Source: Felis catus
Lineage: Eukaryota
Assembly (NCBI RefSeq): GCF_018350175.1
Contig: NC_058373.1
Span: 102,054,001-102,118,000 of the forward strand
Direction: 5' to 3'
DNA length: 64,000 nucleotides
In this document: in pieces, positions 13,469-27,424 of the stretch
How the letters are laid out: every line of letters starts with the position of its first letter
Numbering within the stretch: the stretch's first letter is position 1
Made by a program: the position numbers and the translations under genes
The notes under the pieces: generated by a model
The model's input: only the letters and a program-made list of their open reading frames with translations
Database searches by the model: none
What the model was told of the DNA's origin: nothing

Positions 13469-14629
13469 CAAGTGGCTAAAATGGTAAATTTTATGTTATG
13501 TATATTTTACCACAATAAGAATCAAACAAATAAAAAAAAAGAGCATACAACATGCAAGTGTATCCATTTAGATAAGGTTGCAAATATACAGTAGGGAACA
13601 CAATTTGGATAGATTAGCACAGATGGAACATAATTATGTTGTAGTATATTTGCCTAATTGTTCAAGGTGTTAAAGTAAGTTTGTATCTCTGAAATTTATA
13701 TACCTGGTGGTTATAGATAAAATTACTTTTAATGAAATATTATTTATAACTGCATTTAACAGAAGGTACAAGCCCTAAAAACTAACATTTAAAACAGAAA
13801 AGTTTCCAAACAATAAAACTATTAAAAGACTCACATATATAAAATACAAAATGGCCACAACACAATTCAATGTGCTTTAAACAAAATATATAAAATTTTC
13901 GTCTTCAGATATCTCCCTCAAAGGATGAAATAGGGAAAAGTTTGTTATAATCCACCTTAGAATTGAACACAATTTAGCTAAGATTTTTGCATTATTCATG
14001 AATTCCCCTAATCAAAAACTTCATGAAATCTCTTTCAGTCAGGGTAGGAAGAAATGCCTCAAACATAAATCTACTTGGCTCTCTCCTTGCTAGAATTCAG
14101 GAAAAAAAGCAGATTCCTATGTATTATGATCCTCACATATAAATGGATCTTCATATAAAATTGTAACATAGGCACTTTAAACCTGAGGGGGCGTGATGTT
14201 GATTAGAACATGAGCGCTGTAGTCACAAATACCTCGGTTCTGCTCCGTGACCTCTGGCAAGTGACAGCATGAGCCTCCTCAGTTTCCACTTCTTTAGAAT
14301 GGATCTAACCTTCAAGTTGACAGGCGTATCAGGTGAGATCACACGTATACCACCTGGCCCACCTTCCCAGAGTTTTGGGTTCATGCTTTTCTCTGACACC
14401 TAAGGGTTTCACTCAGCAACATCCAGCATCCAGCATGTTGATGCCTTGATACACATCAAGGGGAAACTCACTTGATCCTGCCAGTCAGAAAAAGATACCT
14501 CAAAATTTTATTGTTTTCCAGAATTACTCCCTAACATCCTAGAAGCTGGCTTCTGACCACATTAAGCTATAGAAACTACTAACATCATCCCCTTCAAATC
14601 TCAGTCCTCATGGCTAACGAGCACAAAAT

Positions 14630-14820
14630 GTCTATAGAGCTTCCTGTATGGCAAGCATTGCCCTTACCACTTTTTGTGTACTAACTCATTTCATCCTCAC
14701 AATAACCCTATAAGATGCATGAGTACTATTAATAGCTCCATTTTACAGATGAGGTAATTGAGGCATTGCTCACAAATAACAGAATTTGAAGCCAGGTAAT
14801 CTGGCTCAAGTTTACACTGT
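14630..14820 (-). mobile_element. MIR
   Basis: MIR core 'cctcacaataaccctat...ccattttacagatgagg'. Confidence 0.75.
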
Positions 14821-15869
14821 CTCATGACCTCTAGTTTTTGTTCCTTGTCTCTCTTAAAACCATTTTCTGCCAACACACTGTTGGATCTCCTGCTTCTGAT
14901 ATGTCCTTTTAAGACTGTCTGCTGGCTCTTCTCTCATTCTTCTTACTATCTAAATGCAGACATCTTCTAAAGTTTTAGGCCACCCACCTCCTATCACTAT
15001 TGTGAGGAGCCCAGGTACTCTCCTCGCTTCAGGTATCAGCCTTATACTGATAATTCACAATTTTAAATCTCTGGCCTTAAACCATAATGCCATCTCTTGG
15101 CTTATTTAAGTCACTCCCTCTTCCTCTGTACAAATGCAAATCTAACCACGCTCATCTAAAAATTTGCTCCAGTTGCTTTTAGTGCATAACAAAACGCTCT
15201 AGAATTTAGTGGTGTACAACGATTTTATTATGTCCCTGGATTCTGTGGGTCAGGAATCCAGACAGGACACAGAGAAGATGACTGGCCTCTATGCCTCAAT
15301 GTCTGTGGTGTCAGTGGAAATGGCTGGGAGCTGGAATCACCTGGGGGAATCTACTCCCCTGTCTATTTTTCAATACTAGCTGTTGGGGGAGACCTCGGGT
15401 ACAGCCATCAGCCACAACACCCACCTGTGGTCACTCCATGTGGCACACCTTCCTCACAGCATGTCTGTGGGCTTAGGGCTCCAAAGTGTCCCACAGTCTT
15501 AAAACACTTCTCAATTAATCCAATGTTACAGTTTTTCCTCACCATAAAGAAGGACTAGATGAAGTATCATGTGCTTTCTCACATACCTTCTTAATTCTTA
15601 GAAGAGCCCAGGCAAAGCAGGTATTACCACCCTTTACAAAAAGGGGAAAACGACAAAGTTTAGAGATATACCGGTAATTATACAGATAGTTAAAAGACAA
15701 GATCACATTCAAACTCAGTCTCTATGTAGTAACGATCACAACAAAGATCAAGCTCACAAATATGTATGTCCAACTATTTTTCTCTAATTTCAGGGTAAAC
15801 GTTTTCGGTTACCAGATTTTTCTTGTTAGCTAGCTAGTTAGGAATTTGAAACAACTTTGCCATGATACT

Positions 15870-16067
15870 ATTTTTTTTAACGTTTTATTTATTTTTGAGA
15901 GACAGAGCATGAGCGGGGGAGGGGCAGAGAAAGAGGGAGACACAGAATCTGAAGCAGGCTCCAGGCTCAGAGGCACAGAGCCCCACGTGGGGCTCGAACT
16001 CACACGCTGTGAGATCATGACCTGAGCCAAAGTCGGACACTTAACCGACTGAGCCATCCAGGCACCC
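15870..16067 (-). mobile_element. Can-SINE
   Basis: SINE body. Confidence 0.88.
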
Positions 16068-17430
16068 GCCCCAATATTACTGAATTATCTATTTGAAAAT
16101 AAGTGCACATACCTCAGAAATCAAAAACTGAAAATGGTGAAAAGTCTTGTTTCTACTCGTATCTGTTACCCCAGTTCATATTCCTGATGAACATGTAAGC
16201 ACTTGTGTATCCTCTAATTCTTAATATGAATATAAACAACATGTAACTATGCCCCCTCCCAATTTTCCCTACAAAATATAACTCCTCTGCATAATTTAGC
16301 CATTCTAGGGGCCTAGACATTGAGGTTGCTTCCACATTCAACGCTACAGTGATGAACTCTGAGCATATGTCATTTCGTTTGTACAAGTACCTAAGATAAA
16401 TTCCCAGAGGCAGGATTTTCAAGCAGAATATATAAGTTTATATATGGCAGATGTTGCCAAATTATCATCCATAAGGATAGTTACCCTTTCAACAGCAGTA
16501 TTTGTTTCTCCATCACCTTAATAACATAATAGGGTATCAAATTTCTGAACTTTTGACCATCTAACAAGGAAAAAAATGTATCTTGGTGGGAGTCTGTGTG
16601 CATTTCCCTTATTGAGGGTGAGGTCAATCATCTTTCCAACTGTTTAAAGATCCTTTATATTTCCTGGCCCTTGAACTGTCTGCTTACGTGTCTTCCCAAT
16701 TTTTCAATTGTGTTTCTGGCCTTTCTCTCACGTTAATTTCTAGTATCACTTTTTATATTAGTGTGATTATCCTGTCATCTCTGATAGGAATTGTAAATAT
16801 TTCCTCCCATTCTGTCACTTGACTTCATTTGTATTGGTATTTCATATGTGAAAATTCATAGTTTTTATGTAAAGTTTAATTATTTTCTTTTATGGCTTCT
16901 AGACTGAGTCACAACGAGGTAGATATCCACTGCAGAATTAAAGAAATTAACAACCTATATATTTTTAAGCTTTATTTTAAATACTTTTAAACTTACTAAA
17001 TAGTTGCAAAGATAGCCTAAAGCATTCCCCTATACCTTCTTTATAAAACTCCAGTCGACAAATCCAAAAGGAATTAAAGAACCAAACATCATTATTTTGC
17101 AACTTCTAATAATTACTGAATGGCTGGTAACACCTAAAGTTGATCAACTGTAACATCACAAAAAGATAGACAAGTAGATTATTTAGCTGCTTCCTGACAG
17201 AAGCCCATGCCACACCTCTGAATTATTCTTGACTAAATTTAAGAGTTATTTTTGGTGTGGGGGCAGCGAGGCATACCTCTAAATCTACTAGTATATAAGC
17301 AATACAGGAGCTAAAGGAACATGTTAAACTAAATCATGAGAAAGTAATGAGCAAAACCCAGAATGTAGGAAATCCTATAGGACAGGCGACCCTGTTTCTT
17401 CAAAAAGTTATTAGGGGATAAAAAGGGGGG

Positions 17431-17655
17431 GGGGCGCCTGGGTGGCGCAGTCGGTTGGGCGTCCGACTTCAGCCAGGTCACGATCTTGCGGTCCGTGAGT
17501 TCGAGCCCCGCGTGGGGCTCTGGGCTGATGGCTCGGAGCCTGGAGCCTGTTTCCGATTCTGTGTCTCCCTCTCTCTCTGCCCCTCCCCCGTTCATGCTGT
17601 GTCTCTCTCTGTCCCAAAAATAAATAAAAAACGTTGAAAAAAATTAAAAAAAAAA
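17431..17655 (+). mobile_element. Young SINEC_Fc-type Can-SINE
   Basis: CpG-rich, with diagnostic 'gcgcagtc', 'cagccagg' and 'gggctgatgg'. Nearly identical to the copy at 55935. Confidence 0.92.
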
Positions 17656-19321
17656 AGGAATATCAAACTGTCACAAACTAAAAGGGAATTAGACATTTAT
17701 CAAATATAATGTGTGAATCTTGTTTGAATCCTTATTCAAAGAAACCAATTTGTAAAGAACACCTGTGGGAAAATCAGAGAAATGTAAACACTGGTTAGAT
17801 ATTCTAAAGTAAGGAATTTATGTTAATTTCAAGCATAATATTTTTAGGTTTTTATAATTTAGATATAGTGAAGTATTTATCAATGAAATGACATATCTGG
17901 GATTTGCTTTAAAATAAGTCAGTGATGGAAGGTATAGGAGGCAGAAGGGATAACACAAGATAACCTATGTTTATGTTAACAGTTGAGGCTACGTAAAAGG
18001 CACTTGGCAGTCAGCTCGTTATCTTATCCTAATTTTGTGTACATTTGAACACTTATATAATATCTTAAAAACTGGCTACAATCCTGACAGATTTTCTAGA
18101 GATCCTTCCCCATGATAATTTTTATGTGCCCGGGAAACAAGCCAGTCACTTCAATACCTTGAAATAATATGTTGGCTGGCTGTAACAGTTACCTCACCAA
18201 ACAGGTGAGTTTCTGCAGGTGCAGGACTCTATGACTCTACAATATGTCTAAAGGGTGTCCTCTGGCCTAAAGTATTCAAGAGATGCAGTTGGAATAACTT
18301 GTAGCTTTTTTCATAAAGAAAAATCCTCTGCATTTTTCTTTAGTGTATAAAACAGCCAGTATTATGGAGCACCTATGTCTGAGCATTGTAGAAGAAAGGT
18401 AAGAGTTAAGAAGGCGCCTTTGTCTTTATGAAATAAATTCAAACATTCATCAAGTCGTCCACATGTGCTGGGCAATTTGCTAGGGATTCAATAATGAGTA
18501 CAAACAGTCCCTCTTCCGCAAAAGAGTCTTTTAAAAAACTGCTACTGAGGCTATAATCAGACAAAATTCTAGTGAGTAAATGTCCTCTCAGCCCTGACTA
18601 TAACAAATTTACCTCAGTTCACAAAATCTTTGATCAGCCCAATCCAAATTATCCCCTAATTACCACAAACTCAATAGAGAATGTAGAACCGTAGGGAATA
18701 TATTCATTTATATAAACGGGAATTAGGAATGGTTCATATAATCCAGGACTCATAATCTAAGATTCATCAAAGATTAGATAGTTGCCCTCTCCTGGCAAAT
18801 TTTAATACTGCAGTCTGGCTCAACCTAATACTGGGATCAAATTACAGGGGTATACTGCAAATAAATCAGTGCGGGAATACCCAGCCATGAAGGAGTTTCA
18901 AGAGCTGAACAAAGAAAACAGCAATTTTTTAAAAAGGAGAGGGAAGGGGGTAAGGGGGAGTTAAATAAATCAGTAAAATATTATTAGTAAAATTAAACAG
19001 AATGTCAAAGATTAGGACTCTTATTCTCTATCATCCTCCCAACACTGCTACTTTCAAGAAAGGATCTTGGACAGGTCCTCTCTGTATTTCAGTTTCCTTA
19101 CCTATAAAATGGGAATAATATCACCTACCCCCTAGGGCTCTTGTGAAGGCAACAAAGGTTATGCATGTCAAGGACTCAGCACCTAGTTAAATCCTCAGCA
19201 GTGTCTGTTGTTATTCAGATGTCAGCTCAGGCTTCCCTGCTTCTATCTCCCAACACAGATAAACTCCTCTGCTAAGTGCTCTCCTTGAGCACTCTTTATC
19301 CTTACATCCCTCTATCAGTAA

Positions 19322-19322
<1 letters not shown>

Positions 19323-19356
<34 letters not shown>
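19323..19356. repeat. (CA)n microsatellite
   Basis: About 17 CA units. Confidence 0.95.
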
Positions 19357-19360
<4 letters not shown>

Positions 19361-19522
19361 ATTCTGATGAATATCTGTTTTTGTCCAAAAGATTGTAAAT
19401 TCCATAAGGGCAGACACTCATCCTGTGTTCCTAGCATTCAGTGCGGGGCCTGGCACTCAGCAAATTTGTTAAATGAAACTGTAAAATTGCCAGTCAGTCT
19501 TTTGAATAATCGTACTTAGCAC

Positions 19523-19955
19523 TGGTATAGGTATAGGTTGAATTGTGTTCCCTCCCCAAAAAGATACCTTGAAATCCTAAACCCTCATACCTCAGAATGT
19601 GACTTATATGGAAATAAGCTAATTACATCTGCAATTACTGTAACTAAGACGGGGCATACTGGACTACAGTGGACTCAGTCCTAGGTGACTGGTATCTTTA
19701 AAAGAGGAGAATTTGGACAGCAACAGAGGCAGGGATTAGAATAATGCGAGCAGACAAACACTTGAGGATTGATAGCTACCACCAGAAGCTGGGCAGAGGC
19801 AAGAAAGTTCTCCCCACTACAATTTTCAGAGGGAGTATGATTGCACCCACACCTTGATTTTGGACTTCTAGCCTCTAAATAACAGAGCTCTATTGTCTCA
19901 CAGTTCTAAACATCCCAATTTGTGGTACTTCGTGTCAGCCAATGAAACTAAGAGA
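19523..19955 (+). mobile_element. MLT1 (ERVL-MaLR) solo LTR
   Basis: 'ggttgaattgtgttccc...aaaagat...cctcagaatgtgac...ggaaataag' and 'accttgattttggacttctagcct'. Confidence 0.8.
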
Positions 19956-20124
19956 AGTATTAATTTGATGGCTTTGTTTGGTATTTAAAGGTATGTATAG
20001 GGATTTTTTTTTCTCCAAGGCCAGAAAAATTGTTTATAGATAATATATTTTTAAAAGAAACCATTAGGGCAAGTTTTTCTCGTCTATTCTCAATGACTTC
20101 CTAATGGCTTTTTAAAAACATCCT

Positions 20125-20524
20125 CATTTTTTTTTAATGTTTATTTATTTTTGAGAGAGACAGAGAGAGGCAGAGAAAGAGAGGCAGAGAGAGGGAGACA
20201 GAGGCTCCGAAGTGGGCAGCAGACAGCAGTGGGCAGCACTGACAGCAGAAAGCCCGATAAGGGGCTCAAACTCATGAACTCTGAGATCATGACCTCAGCT
20301 GAACTTAACCAACTTAGCCACCCAGGCTCCCCTTTAATGTTTATTTATTTATTTTGAGAGAGGGGGAGAGTGTGAGCAAGGGAGGGGCAGAGAGAGAGGG
20401 AGAGAGAGAATCCCAACGCTGTCAGCACAGAGCCCGACAAGGGGCTAGATCTGACAAACCAGGAGATCATGACCTAAGCCAAAATCAAGAGTCGCTTAAC
20501 CAACTGAGCCATCCAGGCACCCCA
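20125..20524 (-). mobile_element. Two tandem Can-SINEs
   Basis: Two SINE bodies head to tail, with outer TSD-like caatgacttc(c/t)taa. Confidence 0.88.
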
Positions 20525-22296
20525 ATGACTTCTTAACAGCTTTAATCAACTTTGACTACTCCCCAATTCCAGTCATATATTCCAACAGCCTCATTATTTT
20601 TAGTTCTTTATTCATAGTACTCTTTCTGGCAATAAACAGAATTAAGTCCTACATAAGTATTCATTAGCAAAATAAAACAAAAATCATTAGTGAATCAAGA
20701 TTTAGATGAACTACATACATCCAAAAATAGCACCTCAATGATGAGATTAAGTTTTCTTTAATATACTTTCAAACTTGGGATGTAAACTCACCTTTCACCC
20801 ACGATATGGGAGGGATAGTAAAAAATTTGACTTTCTGTCCCCATTCATACCTTATAAATCGTTACAATTTTTAGTTCTTCATCAGTCTGATTTGTTAAAT
20901 CACAAAAATCTGTGATTCAAAAAGAAAAAAACAAAAACTTTTCTAAGTGCTAAGCACATTCAGCACGAAGTGGCTAAGACTCATTTTTGTATAAACAAAG
21001 TATCTAATTGCCTTGTGTTATCTTTAAGGAATAGATATCATCTTGCAGTGAAAATGATTGAGGCAGGGACAAGACTCCCAACCCTGGTGGGTTAAGAAGT
21101 TCATCACCTGTGGTACCGTCTCTTCATGCTACATTATACACATGCTCAAAATTTGGGACACTGCCAACTTGATTTATGAAAACTGCTTTGGCATCCTGGA
21201 TAAGACAAGCTAAAACCTACTTTAACTAAAAACGTGACAGAAGAGTCAAGACTCTTGAGTGTTCCCATAAACTCATAAAGAGGACAATTGATGACACAAG
21301 TTACATGCACTTAACCTTTAGTAGATAATGTTATTTTAAGAATTATTGCCATTTACACCCAGGAGGGCACAGGGAATAGGGTCAGACACAGACAGGGACA
21401 AGACGACCAAGAACCCCAGAGAATAGTAGAGCCTCCAATGTAATTAAGGTTCTGAGTAAAATATAGGAAATATAGGAAAGATCCCTTATTGAAAGGAGAC
21501 ATCATCAAGGTAAACTCTGAATACATACAAAAACTAGGATGTGGTTAAATGGAAATGGGACAGCAACAGATAAAGATGAGCTGGTCTAAGAATCACCATG
21601 TGATGCCAGAGTCAAGAGAGAGCCAGTTTCTGGGAGAGGTGACAGTATCTCTTTCAGAACTCCCTCCCAGGCTACAAGTTAAAGCCCAGTGGTGAACAAT
21701 AACCAGGAGGCTTGCACAACCCTCACATAGCCCCATCCCCGCTGATCAAAGATGTACCCAGGTAAGGTACACACTGGAATGTAGAGGAAAGGTCATGGAG
21801 AGAAGGGGCAGTGCAGGGAGAAATGACAAATTCCCCAGAACACCAGAATTTAGCATCGGTCCACTCAGGAGAAACAAACAATAATTCGGAGAATAATTTG
21901 GGGAATTTTCTATTTTACAGCACTGAAGTCAATACCATTAACCAGGAATTAATATAGACAGATATAAAAATACAGAGTATCTTGTTTACAAGCATATAAA
22001 AGTGAGAGTTTGAAAGAAGTTTGTTTCTATCCAAAACAATTTATAGTAGTCACTGACTTATGCTCTCTAAAGAAATAAAAATTAGAGATTGTGCAGAATT
22101 GTTTTATTAGTCTCTGCCATATTTGCTACAGACTTAAAAGTCTCCTTCCTTCTCTCTCCCACCTAGGCTGGCCCACGATCTGGACCACTGCCATTTTAAG
22201 TTTATTCCTTTAAGTTCAGCATCATCCTCATTGTCCTCTCCTCTCCGTCTTCTGTACCTCTAAGAAATAGATGTTAATTCCTTAAGTATGATCCCT

Positions 22297-22965
22297 TAGA
22301 GGCTTTCAAACTTTTGACCACAACCCACAGTTCAGAAATATATTAACATTTGGAGCCAGTACGCACCAAAAAATATATACCTCAAAAGCCGACTCAGAAG
22401 CTCCTCACAACTTGTATCCTTACTTCACGTTATAAACGCATCTTTCCCATTCTACTCCACCTACTTCATTTTTTAAAAATAATTTTTATTATTACTGAGA
22501 GAGAGAACGCAAGTAGGGAGAGGGGCAGAGAAGGGGAGGGACTGGGGGAGGGGGGTGGACAGAGATTCCGAAGCGGGCTCCACACTGACAGCATCCAGCC
22601 CGATGTGGGACTCGAATTCACAAACCATGAGATCGATCGTGCCCTGAGCCGAAGTCAGATGCTACACTGACTGAGTCACCCAGGCGCCCCTCCACCTATT
22701 TTTTTAAGTTTTTTTAAATTTATTTTGAGAGAGAGAGCAAGCAGGAGAGGGGCATAGAGAGAGAGGGAGACAGAATCCCAAGCAAGCTCTGAGCTATCAG
22801 TGCAGAACTGGATACAGGGTTTGAACTCGTGAACTGTGAGATCATGACCTGAGCTGAAATCAAGAGTCGGGTGCTTAGCCAACTGAGCCACCCATGCGTC
22901 CCTACTTCACCTTTGTTTATGCTGGTAACCCAATGGTTAGGTCACGACTCACAGTTTGAAATACT
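22297..22965. mobile_element. hAT-Charlie MITE (MER119-like) interrupted by two minus-strand Can-SINEs (~22470-22900)
   Basis: Start 'ctttcaaacttttgaccacaacccacagt' and end 'ggtcacgactcacagtttgaaa'. Family name is from memory. Confidence 0.6.
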
Positions 22966-23209
22966 TAGTAGATAAGACACAAGATAGCAACATAAGAAAG
23001 GAAGTAAGAGTTCGGCATTCAGGCTGTGGGAATTCAAACACCAGCCCTACCACTTGAAGCTGTCAACCTCTCTACCTCAAGGTCTTTATCATGGGGATAA
23101 GAGAACAGAGTTTATCTCAAAACTAAGGATTAACCAAGACTCTCCACAGAAAGCACTTAAAGCATCAAAATATTCAATTAATGGCTGGTAATAATTCTTA
23201 AATGGTCTG

Positions 23210-23435
23210 TGGACTTTTTTCATTACGGTAAAATACACATAAAATTCATCATTTTAACCATTTTAAAGCGTACGGTTCAGTGGCATTTAGTACATTCACA
23301 ATGTTGTACAAACATCACCACCTCTCTAGTTCCAGAACATTTTCATAACCCCAAAAGGAAACCTATTAAGCAGCCACTCCCCATTCTATCCTCCTCCCCA
23401 GGCCCGGGCAACCCCTAATCTACTTTCTGTCTCTA
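23210..23435 (-). mobile_element. L1MB-type 3' end fragment
   Basis: 'aaattcatcattttaaccattttaaagcgtacggttcagtggcatttagtacattcaca'. Confidence 0.8.
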
Positions 23436-24777
23436 GGTCCAGAGACCTTTTTAAGCAATAAATTAACATTTTACTGAAACAATTTTCTAAGGTATACGGA
23501 AGTGTTCTTTGGATTCATTAGCCCTACAGCTCATGAAACAAACTTCTGCTCACCATTTGTTTAAATAAACCTTGTGGGTTAGGTAATTCTGTGACCTGTC
23601 TTTGGAGTCAGAAACCCCTCCTGTGAATTTGGAGAGATTCCCAAAGTCTGACCCATGTTATGGAGGAGACTGTATTCAGTGTCCACAAGAGACAGAATGA
23701 GCAAGACCCTAAAAGAGGTTTCTTCATTACCTTGTGGAAGATCACCGAATGACAGAATATTCACCAAATGCAGACTGCTTATTCTTCAGTCTCTGCATTT
23801 TGAAATTCTGCTCTTGAGTCTCGGAAATTTTTCCATCAAGAGGTAAAAAAGTGAACTTGGACACAGAACTAGAGGCCCAGTTCTTGGCTTTAGTGTGTAG
23901 TATCATTTCCTTTTGGGGCCCCACCCCTCTCTCACTGATTTCCCACCCTTCCTTTGGGGTGTGGAAGACTGGGCAAAAAATAACTTTGTCCTTCCCAGGA
24001 TCTACTGGGTGAGTCGCCGGATACTTGATCAAGAAAATAACAGGGACAGGGAGTTACCTTGCAAAGCAGCACTGTTATTCCTTGAGACATGATGAAGGCA
24101 GAGACTTCTCAGGCCAAATAAATAAATGTCACCAAGAGGCACAGAAGATTTGAACTGGAAAACAACGTCCTTGGTCCCAGTTGCAGAAGTCAGACTATAT
24201 CTTTCTCTTTTGTGAAGACCAACACCGTTCACCCAGCAAATAAGCAGCGAAGTCCTCATTTTCCATTCTCCCTACCCATCCCCTACAGCTTTCTGGCCTT
24301 CTGGGTGAAAAAGCCTGACCCGCCTCAAGCATGGATAGCATTGGGCAAACCCGGCTTAGAGGTACTCCGATTCCGGGTCCCAGAGCTCAGCAAACCTTCC
24401 CGACTCCCAGGGAAGAGCTCTATGGCTTTTGAGCTTCTACAGTGGGGGCGGGGGCTTCAAACAGCAAACTAGCCCGAGATACCTCACGCCTCAAACCCTG
24501 GGAGCATCCTGAGATGGAGTTAACTTGATGTGGACACAAACTACACCTTTCCGAAGACCCGGGTGGCCCCTGGCAAGTCAGTGAGAGTGCGGATCTCTGA
24601 GTTTGCCACAAAGGATCACCCCCAGCCTCCAAGCCGAAGTTTCACCCCAGATCTATCAAAGAGTGAGACCTCGAGAAAAAGACCTGGGAAGCCCTCCCTT
24701 CCGCAAGCGCCAGTTGATCCTAATCCTGGCAAGTGTGGGTCCAGCACGTGCTTCAAGCATCCGGCCCTGGACGCTCA

Positions 24778-25944
<1,167 letters not shown>

Positions 25945-27057
25945 CTAGGCTGGGGGATGCACGCTCCGGGCGCCCGGCGAGCCCTCTCCTCTTCGGCAAA
26001 GAGAATGCTGCTCAGAAGTGCTCGTGTCCCCTCGCTCCAGGAGAGATGACCAAACAGGTGGGCTCGCCGGGGAAAAGACTGCGTTAAGCTGTCGGTAAGG
26101 AAACCAACTCTTACGCTTTTAGGGCGAGAGAATAATATGACATGACACTCTTGCGTTCGTTAGTTTAAAATATGGCCAACGCACCTGCCACCTACGAGAA
26201 CCCACTCGCTGCTCTAAGGGAGAGTGTTGCACCAAGTGGACCTTACGTGAGTCCCTGTATCTAGGAGGATGGCATTTGTGATGGCCAGAACTTTGGCCCT
26301 GGAGAAGAATTGATTTGTAAGCGAGGAAAAGTTAGGACTTTCATTAAAAACCCATTTGCGTTCTGTGGGTATTTGGTACTGATCATTTTGGAGTGACGTG
26401 CTAAGCTCCTTTCCCCTGATGTTGGTACAAATTGTGAAACGTTATTGATCAACTGGACTCGTAACCAGTGACATCACCCTTGACTGTTTTCTTTAAGATT
26501 AAAAAATGTGGGTTTTTTTTAATGGGCTTTTTATCCCCCCTCGCTGGGGGGATTATTTCTTAATGCCAAAGGTAGGTTTTAAACATGTGTCAAATTAACA
26601 TGATTTGCTCCAGAGTTTCTCATGCTGACTTTCTGACATATATACAGGTATTTAAAAAGCTTAGAATCAGACGAACCAGGAGGGAAGCCCTTGAAATTAT
26701 TCTATACTGATATATAATATCAGTATTATATCATATTTATGATGATTATATTTATTAATATTATTACTTATTTATATGTATTAATTATTTGTTAATATTA
26801 TAATTATTAATTAGTATTATTGGAACAGGCATAGCCCTGTTGTTAACATCAAGGAGGGAAATATGGAAATTACTTGGCCTCCTCAGCACCTTTAGTCTAA
26901 AATAGAAGTATTTGGGCGAATGTGCCTTTTAAAGATAATTGTTGAATTTCTACATACATTAAAGACCAAGATACATAAATCAAGAAACATGACCATCTCT
27001 TGGAAAACCTCTTTGTCACTCTGCTAACATTTTTGTAAGTCCCCCCGCCACCCTCCG

Positions 27058-27089
<32 letters not shown>
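27058..27089. repeat. Poly-C tract (C32)
   Basis: Uninterrupted C run. Confidence 0.9.
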
Positions 27090-27090
<1 letters not shown>

Positions 27091-27225
27091 CCAGCAAATT
27101 CTTGCAACACTTTTTCCCTGTAAATGCACTGCCCACTGCCCACTGATATTTCCTGGTCAGAGTTATCCACTGGGTCTCAAACTGTTTCAGCATAGCTGCA
27201 GACAGCGTTAAAGAATGGTCTTGTA

Positions 27226-27424
27226 GGGGTACCTGGGTGGCTCAGTCGAGCGTCTGACTTTGGCTCAGGTCATGATCTCACGTTTGAGCCCCAAGTGGGG
27301 CTCTGTGCTGACAGCTCAGAACATGGAGCCTGCTTCAGATTCTGTGTCTCCCTCTGTTTCTCTGTCCCTCCCCGCTTGTGCTCTATCTCTGTCTCTCAAA
27401 AATAAACATTAAGAAAAAAAAAAA
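27226..27424 (+). mobile_element. Can-SINE with TSD aaagaatgg(t/c)cttgta
   Basis: Flanking direct repeat. Confidence 0.9.

Noticed and set aside
21820..21912. NF-kB-like GGGGAATTT motifs (also at 3251-3260)
   Set aside because: Imperfect matches expected by chance in 64 kb.
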